DNA of 59,032 nucleotides, counting the filler, from Actinomycetota bacterium (GTDB lineage: Bacteria; Actinomycetota; Actinomycetes; JAKEEW01), in the NCBI GenBank assembly GCA_046725875.1. It is 4 parts of 4 records of this genome, joined end to end, with 100 filler letters (N's around TTAATTAATTAA, not from the genome) between each part and the next. Parts side by side here need not be neighbours in the genome. Positions count along the whole stretch, not along the records: positions 50,753 to 59,032 come from JBKOZJ010000179.1; 3 more parts are not named here. One strand, written 5' to 3'. Position numbers and translations under genes: made by a program. Positions 52,697 to 59,032 of this stretch are shown here, in pieces. The notes beneath the pieces were generated by a model that was not told where the DNA came from, did no database searches, and saw nothing but the letters and a program-made list of their open reading frames with translations. Each line of letters opens with the position of its first letter. Positions within the stretch are counted from its first letter, which is position 1.

Positions 52697-53320
52697 ATGG
52701 ACACGAAGGCACCGCTGCTGGGCGAGCCCCTGCCCGTGGAGCTGATGAACACCATCTGGGCGGATCGGGACGGCGTGCACGACGCGCTGCGCGATCCTGA
52801 CGGCACCCGGGCCTGGCTGGACGCCGTCGCTTCCCGGGTAGCTCTGATGACGCCGGGCGATCTCGACGCAATGACCACGTCCGACCTCGGCGAACTTGGC
52901 GACCGGCTGATTGGCCTGCGCGACGCTCTGCGCCGGCTGGCCGCCGAGAGTACCGAGGATCCACGTCCGACGGCCGCGTCCGACACCCGCGAGTTGCAGG
53001 CAGCCGTCACCGTGCTCAACCAGGCCGCAGGCGACACACCCCACTGGTCGGCTTTGTCATGGACGCCCGGCCAGGAACCCTCGCGGCACACCCGCACCAG
53101 CGGGCAAACGGCCTCCGCCGCCGTCTCTGCGATCGCCGAGGAGGCAATCACTCTCTTCAGTCGGGACGCCCGCCACCAGTTGCGTGCCTGCCTCGCGCCG
53201 GGATGCGTCCTGTATTTCCTCAAGAACCACTCCCGCAGGGAGTGGTGTTCCGCAGGCTGCGGCAACCGCGCCCGCTCCGCCCGTCACTATCAGCGCCACC
53301 GCCAGTCCACCGCCGGATAG
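52697..53320 (+). CDS. ABATE / CGNR zinc-finger regulator
   Basis: GEPLPVELMNT, C..PGC..F, REWCSAGCGNRAR; TAGCCT -10 box 7 nt before ATG (leaderless). Confidence 0.92.
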   Translation: MDTKAPLLGEPLPVELMNTIWADRDGVHDALRDPDGTRAWLDAVASRVALMTPGDLDAMTTSDLGELGDRLIGLRDALRRLAAESTEDPRPTAASDTRELQAAVTVLNQAAGDTPHWSALSWTPGQEPSRHTRTSGQTASAAVSAIAEEAITLFSRDARHQLRACLAPGCVLYFLKNHSRREWCSAGCGNRARSARHYQRHRQSTAG

Positions 53321-53343
53321 TAGCGCCCCGCCCGGATGTGACC

Positions 53344-55023
53344 TCAGCCACCGGGCATCGGAAGGCCAAGACCGATCTCCCATGGTTTCTTGACCGGCCG
53401 CCAGTGCTGGTACACCACGACGCAGCCCACTTCGGTGCGCTGGCTTCGGATGCCCTGCGCCAGCAGTGCGGCATCGACCTGAGCCACGTGGTCCGGCTCC
53501 TCGTCCATCGGATCTCGGACGTGTCCCGCCACGTAGACCGGGTCGGGATCCGCGTCCACGATGTGCCGGGCCTCGGGGAATTTCGTCCGGCCGCCGCCGA
53601 CCGGCCCGACGAGCAGCCGGTCTCCCGCGTAGAACTGCAATGGCATCCCGGTCCAATAGTCCGAGTAGACGTGAGCGACTCCGTGCGCCCTCAGCCACGC
53701 GGTGGCGGCGGTCAGGCATTCTGGCAGGTCGCGTGGGCCGTCGTCGTGGTGGCGGGCGAGGAACGTGGCCGACGCGCCGGCCCAGACGGCCAGGACCGCC
53801 ACGGCAAAGGATCGCCCGACTAGCCCGCCGCGCCGGGATAGTCCATCGAGATCCCTTCCGGGCAGTCGCGGCATCAACGCCGCGATGCCGAGCGCGAGGG
53901 CCGGGTACGCCACGAAGAGGTAGCGTGGCTCACCGGTCCACCACGCGTATTTCGACGCCGCGTACAGCAGCGCGACGGCTGGCGGTGTGAGCAGCAGCAT
54001 GTCCGTCGGCGCAGACTTCCCGCTGCGCAGCCGACGGACGACGGCGATGACATAGCCAACGCCCAGCATGGCGAGCAGCGCATATTGCAGCACGATCGGC
54101 CAGCCAGGATGACCATAGCGGTAGCCCACCCCGACGAACTCCCGCAGAACCGGACTCACCAGTGCGGCCAACCGCTCCCACGGCGTCCGTTCCGGCTGTG
54201 GGCCGCCGAGCAACGGCAGCGTGCCGTGCGTGATCGCCCAGCCCAGCGCGGGCGCACAACCGGCGACCAGCGCCGGGAGCCCAGCGATGGCGGCCTCTCG
54301 CCTCCGCCGCCACAACGTGGGGGCGGCGTAAACCAAGGCGGGCAGGATCAGATAGCCAGCCGACCAGGACGCCCACAAGGCCAGGCCGGTGCTCAGTCCG
54401 AGGAGCGCGAACCACCGGCGCCCGGCGCGCACGTCGGCATCGTCGAGCTCTGTCCGGTGCACCTCGCGGCCGCAGGCTACGTTCCGCACCCGAAGGGCCG
54501 CATACATCGCAATGAGACCGAGGATCTGTCCAGTGCCGTACGCCCCGTGGCTGCGTACTCCCTTCCAGATGTTGAAGAACGGACCGGTTGCGAAGAGAGC
54601 GGCAGCGAGCGCCGCCTGCCAACGGGTCGCGAGCATGCGGGCACCAACCGTGTAGATGAGCCAGCACGCGACGGAAGCGATACCGACCTGGGTGAGCCGC
54701 AGCGTGAGGGCGGTATCGGGCAGGACAGCCAGCACCGCAGCTTGCAGGTACTGCTCGATCGCACCGTTGTAGTGCTGCCCGGCGAGGTAGGTGTAGAGGT
54801 GACCGTCGAGGATGCGCCGGGCCATTACCCCTGTCGTCGCCTCGTCGCCGTCAAGGGTTGCCTGCGGGGTCGTGAGATACCACCCTCGGATCGCAGCGCA
54901 TCCCACGATCGCGGATGCTGCCGCGATCGGCGGCGAGACCACCGCCGCGAACCGCGCCCCCCGCGCGCCTTTCCGCTGGGCTATGGATGGCAGCCCCTGA
55001 CGGGCGTCGATCTGGAGGGGCAT
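53344..55023 (-). CDS. GT-C-like integral membrane glycosyltransferase (putative)
   Basis: DGDEA motif after TM1, GQHYNG, many TM segments, PRY, SDYW. Confidence 0.65.
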   Translation of the reverse strand: MPLQIDARQGLPSIAQRKGARGARFAAVVSPPIAAASAIVGCAAIRGWYLTTPQATLDGDEATTGVMARRILDGHLYTYLAGQHYNGAIEQYLQAAVLAVLPDTALTLRLTQVGIASVACWLIYTVGARMLATRWQAALAAALFATGPFFNIWKGVRSHGAYGTGQILGLIAMYAALRVRNVACGREVHRTELDDADVRAGRRWFALLGLSTGLALWASWSAGYLILPALVYAAPTLWRRRREAAIAGLPALVAGCAPALGWAITHGTLPLLGGPQPERTPWERLAALVSPVLREFVGVGYRYGHPGWPIVLQYALLAMLGVGYVIAVVRRLRSGKSAPTDMLLLTPPAVALLYAASKYAWWTGEPRYLFVAYPALALGIAALMPRLPGRDLDGLSRRGGLVGRSFAVAVLAVWAGASATFLARHHDDGPRDLPECLTAATAWLRAHGVAHVYSDYWTGMPLQFYAGDRLLVGPVGGGRTKFPEARHIVDADPDPVYVAGHVRDPMDEEPDHVAQVDAALLAQGIRSQRTEVGCVVVYQHWRPVKKPWEIGLGLPMPGG

Positions 55024-55204
55024 CAGCGGGCCTGGCGGCGGGTCCGACGTGCTGGTGAGCGCACCCGTTCAGCGGCGGTGTGGACGCCCGCAGCCGTCAC
55101 CATGGGCAGCGGCATTCGTGCACGGGGCCGACGTCCGCGGTGGCCGCGATTCCCGTACGGCCGGGAACGGCCTAGGCGGTCCGCCCAGTTGGATCGGATC
55201 TCTC

Positions 55205-55556
55205 TCATAGCCTTCGAGGCTGCCCGGCGGGTCCTTCAAACATCCAGCCTCAGTTCGAAGTCCCATCCGATAACCGCCGGCTGGCCGGCCTTGGCGGCGT
55301 TGGCGGCCTCCGGCGCCCACGGATGCAGCTCCCAGATATCGGGGGGGCGGGGGTCAGCGGTGTGGGCAGTTCATCGGGTTCGACCCTGGTAGCGTCGCCG
55401 TAGGTTTCTTTGCACGCGCGGACGAGATACCCATGCGGCAATGCGTCCCGTAGGTAGTCGCCCAGGCCGAGGACCACCCCGTCAAGCCTCAGCAGATACG
55501 CCAACGGGTGTTGGTGAATGATCTGCTCAGCCTGCTGGTCGGCGTTCTCCTGCATG
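55205..55556 (-). pseudogene. Internally deleted class I methyltransferase-like remnant
   Basis: N-terminal HQHPLAYLL.LDGV joined directly to C-terminal GDYLRDALPHG, then frameshift to DIWELHPWAPEAANAA (recalled similarity). Confidence 0.5.
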
Positions 55557-55821
55557 GTCACATCCTGCGACGACCGGTGTGCCTGCCACCAATTCGACTC
55601 GCTCCGGGCTGAGCTCTTCGGCCGCACAGCGGGCGTGGCCGCGGTCGGCCGCAACCGGCTCTAGCGCACACCGAGCCGGAGCGCCGCTTCCTGCGGCGGC
55701 GCCTCGCCGAACTGAGCGCGTAGTCGCCGCCGCTCGTCCCACAGGTGTCCCCTTCGGCTCCTCCCGTTCGTCGTCCAGTCGACACGAACGGAGGTCGAGA
55801 ACCAAGAACGGAGGAACGACC

Positions 55822-56205
55822 ATGCTGAAAAAGGTGGCGTACGTGGCGGTGCTGGTGAGCGATCAAGACAAGGCACTCGACTTCTACACGAATGTCATCG
55901 GCCTGGAGAAGCGGGCTGACTTCCCCACACCTAACGGACCGCGATTCCTGACCGTCGGCGTCGAGGGGCAGGACTTCGACCTCGTGCTGTGGCCCGGCAC
56001 ACCCGCCAGGGGCGAGGGGGGCTCAGCGGTTTATACGATCGAGGTGGAAGATTGCCGAGTGGCGTTCGAGACGCTCAAGTCGCGCGGCGTGAGCTTCGAC
56101 CCAGCCGAGATCCTCGAGTTCCCCTGGGGGTACGCCGCGAGGTTCCAGGATCCGGACGGCAATCGGCTTCAGGTGCGCGAGGGTCGCGGCGAGTTTCGGC
56201 GCTGA
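55822..56205 (+). CDS. VOC/glyoxalase-family protein
   Basis: VSDQDKALDFY, PWG..ARFQDPDGN; GGAGG SD. Confidence 0.92.
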   Translation: MLKKVAYVAVLVSDQDKALDFYTNVIGLEKRADFPTPNGPRFLTVGVEGQDFDLVLWPGTPARGEGGSAVYTIEVEDCRVAFETLKSRGVSFDPAEILEFPWGYAARFQDPDGNRLQVREGRGEFRR

Positions 56206-56390
56206 ACGAGCGCCAATCCTCACCAACTTCCGGCTGGTGCTTCCGCCGGCGCGCCCGTCCCGCCCGATCGGGGGGGTAGAAGACCGTTTACGGACACGGC
56301 CCACGACGCAGACTGACGCGGAGGCCGGATCCGCGCCGACGTCTGAGGCCCTGGATTGCGCCACCTCGCGCGCCACAGCACCATGGAACC

Positions 56391-59024
56391 GTGGGGGTAT
56401 GGTCGGGGGTCGCGGTTGGATCGGGTGTCCTGCTCGAGCGCGAGCAGCAGCTCGCCGCGCTGGAACGGCATCTCGCGGCGGTTACGGCAAGCCATGTCGG
56501 CCGATTCGTGTTCGTTGGTGGCGAGGCTGGCGTGGGCAAGACCTCTCTGGTACGGCGTTTCTGCTCGGAGCAGGTCGTCCGCGTCCTGTCCGGCGCCTGC
56601 GACGCCCTCGCCACACCTCACCCACTCGGCCCATTCCTCGACATCGCCGCCCTAAGCGGAAGCCTTAACGATTTGATCGGCGGCGGCGCTCAGCCCTACG
56701 AGGTTGCGGCCAGCCTGCTCGACGAGCTGCGCGCGCGCCGCCCGTCGATTCTGATCTTGGAGGACCTGCACTGGGCCGACGACGCGACATTGGACGTCGT
56801 CCGACTGCTGGCGCGCCGCCTGGAGACCGTCCCGGTGCTGGCCGTCGGCACCTACCGCGACGACCAGGTCGATCGGACACACAGGCTTCGGATACTCATC
56901 GGTGAACTGGCGACCTGGCCGGGCGTTGCCCGGCTGACCCTCGCCCCCTTGTCGGCTCGCGCCGTGGCCCAGCTCGCTGCGCCGCACGGCGTTGACGCGA
57001 TGGAGCTGTATCGCAACACCGGTGGCAACCCGTTCTTCGTCAGCGAGGTCCTCGCGGCGGTCGGCAGTCGGCTGCCGCAGACTGTCCAGGATGCTGTCCT
57101 CGCGAGGCTGGCTCGGCTCGCGCCCACTGCCCGACGCGTGCTCGAGGCGGTCGCGATCGTCCCGGCGGGGACGGACTTCGGCCTGTTGGAGGCGCTCGAA
57201 CCTCGGGCCATGGACAGCATCGAGGAATGCCTCGCCTCTGGTGTACTGACCTCGACGACGGCCGGTGTGACCTTCCGGCATGAGCTCGCCCGGATGGCCG
57301 TGGAGATCTCGCTGCCACCGAACCGTCGCATCGCCCTCCATCGCGCCGTGCTGGCGGCGCTCTCCGTTCCAGGGCGCGGGTCCGCTGATCCGGCTCGGCT
57401 GTCACATCACGCCGAAGCGGCGGGCGATGCCGACTCGGTGCTGCGCTTCGCTCCCGCGGCCGCGGCAGACGCGGCTCGGGTTGGCGCGCACAGTGAGGCG
57501 GCGGCGCAGTACGCACGGGCTTTGCGCTTCAGCCAGAACCTCGCGGCGGAGCGGCGGGCGGAGCTGCTATCCCAGCGGTCGACGGAGTGTCACCTCATCG
57601 GCGACTACCGGGAGGCCATCGAGACCCGGAAGGCAGCGGTGGAGGCTTACCGCCATCTCGGCGATCGGCTGCGCGAGGGGGACGCGCTCCGGGCGGTGTC
57701 GGCGAACCTGCGCTGCTTCGGCCTGGTCCCGGAAGCCTCCGAGGCCGGACAGGCAGCGCTTGAAGTCCTCGAGCAGTTGGGTCCGGGTCCTGAGCTCGCT
57801 CTTGCCTATGCCAACAGCGCGATGCTCGCACTGAACGTCGAGGACGCCACAGCGACGCATGCGTGGGGCGCCAAGGCACATGAGCTTGCAGAGCAGATCG
57901 GTGATCGCGCAAGCTTCGTCCACGCCGTGAACTCCGTCGGCACAGCGGGGTATCTCCTCGGCGACGAGGACGGCAGGCTGGCCCTCGAACGCAGCCTTGA
58001 TCTGTGCAAGCGTTGGGGCTTCCGCGAGCAGGCCGGCCGCGCGTACATCCATCTCGCCTGGGCCTCTGTCCGGAGGCATGACTACGTGCGCGCCGCGGCC
58101 TACTGCCAGGAGGGCATCGAGTATTGCCTGGAGCACGGCCTGGACGCCTGGCGATTCGAGATCCTCGGCCATCAGGCTCGGCGCCTGCTCGACCAGGGCA
58201 GCTGGGAGAAGGCGACCGAGGCCACCGCGACGATACTGGGGTCACCTAACACCAATGCCGTCGCTCGTGTCCTAGCCCTGGCCGTCGTCGCGCTGCTGCG
58301 CTCGCGGCGGGGCGATCCCGACCACCACGAGCCGATGCAAGAAGCGCAGGCGATCGCGGCGCCAACCGGCGAGATTCAGTTGCTCCTCCCGGTCGCTACA
58401 GCGTCGGCTGAAATCGCGTGGCTGAAAGGTGATCCCACGGCCATCGCAGCGGCGGAGTCCGCCACGGGAGAGGTCCTCGAGGTGGCCGGACGTCACGGAG
58501 CGGCGTCGGCGCTCAGCGAGGTGGCCGCCTGGCGGCGGCGCTGTGGGCTTCCGACGCCGGCGGTCGCGGGGGCCGTCGGGCCGTACGAGCTCGAGTTGGC
58601 CGGCGATCCGGCTGCGGCGGCCGCGGCGTGGCTCGATCTCGACTGTGAGTACGACGCAGCGATCGCACTCTGTGCCGGCGAGGCGGAGCACCATCGTCAG
58701 GCGCTCGCGATCTTCCAGCGCCTCGAGGCACGTCCCGCGGCCGCGATTGCAGCGCGCCTGCTTCGCGAACGGGGGGTCCGAGGGGTTCCCCGGGGCCCGC
58801 GGCCATCGACCACGCGAAACCCAGCCGGGCTTACGAACCGGGAGCTTGAGGTGCTGGGACTCATCGGCCAGGAGTTGCGTAACAAAGAGATCGCCCGGCA
58901 GCTTCATGTCGCCGAGAAGACGATCGACCACCATGTCGGCGCCATCCTCGCCAAGCTCGGCGTGAGTAGCCGCGGGCAGGCGGCGAGTGCTGCTGCTCGC
59001 CTGGGTATCGGCTCTTCCCGATAG
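56391..59024 (+). CDS. LuxR-family regulator with N-terminal AAA ATPase (MalT/LAL-like)
   Basis: GEAGVGKT, LEDLHWAD, GGNPFF, TPR-like region, LTNRELEVL..RNKEIA..HHVGAILAKLG. Confidence 0.93.
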   Translation: MGVWSGVAVGSGVLLEREQQLAALERHLAAVTASHVGRFVFVGGEAGVGKTSLVRRFCSEQVVRVLSGACDALATPHPLGPFLDIAALSGSLNDLIGGGAQPYEVAASLLDELRARRPSILILEDLHWADDATLDVVRLLARRLETVPVLAVGTYRDDQVDRTHRLRILIGELATWPGVARLTLAPLSARAVAQLAAPHGVDAMELYRNTGGNPFFVSEVLAAVGSRLPQTVQDAVLARLARLAPTARRVLEAVAIVPAGTDFGLLEALEPRAMDSIEECLASGVLTSTTAGVTFRHELARMAVEISLPPNRRIALHRAVLAALSVPGRGSADPARLSHHAEAAGDADSVLRFAPAAAADAARVGAHSEAAAQYARALRFSQNLAAERRAELLSQRSTECHLIGDYREAIETRKAAVEAYRHLGDRLREGDALRAVSANLRCFGLVPEASEAGQAALEVLEQLGPGPELALAYANSAMLALNVEDATATHAWGAKAHELAEQIGDRASFVHAVNSVGTAGYLLGDEDGRLALERSLDLCKRWGFREQAGRAYIHLAWASVRRHDYVRAAAYCQEGIEYCLEHGLDAWRFEILGHQARRLLDQGSWEKATEATATILGSPNTNAVARVLALAVVALLRSRRGDPDHHEPMQEAQAIAAPTGEIQLLLPVATASAEIAWLKGDPTAIAAAESATGEVLEVAGRHGAASALSEVAAWRRRCGLPTPAVAGAVGPYELELAGDPAAAAAAWLDLDCEYDAAIALCAGEAEHHRQALAIFQRLEARPAAAIAARLLRERGVRGVPRGPRPSTTRNPAGLTNRELEVLGLIGQELRNKEIARQLHVAEKTIDHHVGAILAKLGVSSRGQAASAAARLGIGSSR

Positions 59025-59032
59025 CGGTGGGC

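Overview
High-GC actinobacterial DNA made of four unrelated contigs (1-13617, 13718-35324, 35425-50652, 50753-59032) joined by artificial 100-nt N/TTAATTAATTAA linkers, so gene context must not be read across the joins. Contig 1 is accessory DNA full of gene fragments and decayed mobile elements (IS110, IS256, tyrosine integrase) among intact MBL, isochorismatase, O-methyltransferase, phosphotransferase, MFS/MarR and hydrolase genes. Contig 2 has a four-gene FtsX-type ABC exporter, ettA, ddaH, methyltransferases, an LLM oxidoreductase, a divergent HIT pair and a single-chain PheS-like ligase. Contig 3 has an IS481 end abutting tRNA-Thr(TGT), an msiK-like ATPase, a DUF2520-panC-nadB::nadC-coaX operon, an AlkZ-like glycosylase, a GGCT::PrmC-like fusion and an lldD-like oxidase. 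Contig 4 has a CGNR/AhpD/PNPOx module, a GT-C-like membrane protein, a VOC protein and a LuxR-AAA regulator. The best candidate for an undescribed system is the PheS-related ligase (30362-31594). Its Phe-binding FPF motif is replaced by HPY, and it sits behind a leaderless 27-aa uORF with tandem Trp codons and mutually exclusive RNA helices that can hide its ribosome-binding site. This suggests a tryptophan-responsive class II aminoacyl-tRNA-synthetase paralogue, which is a hypothesis and not demonstrated. All family calls come from motif recognition by eye; no searches were run.
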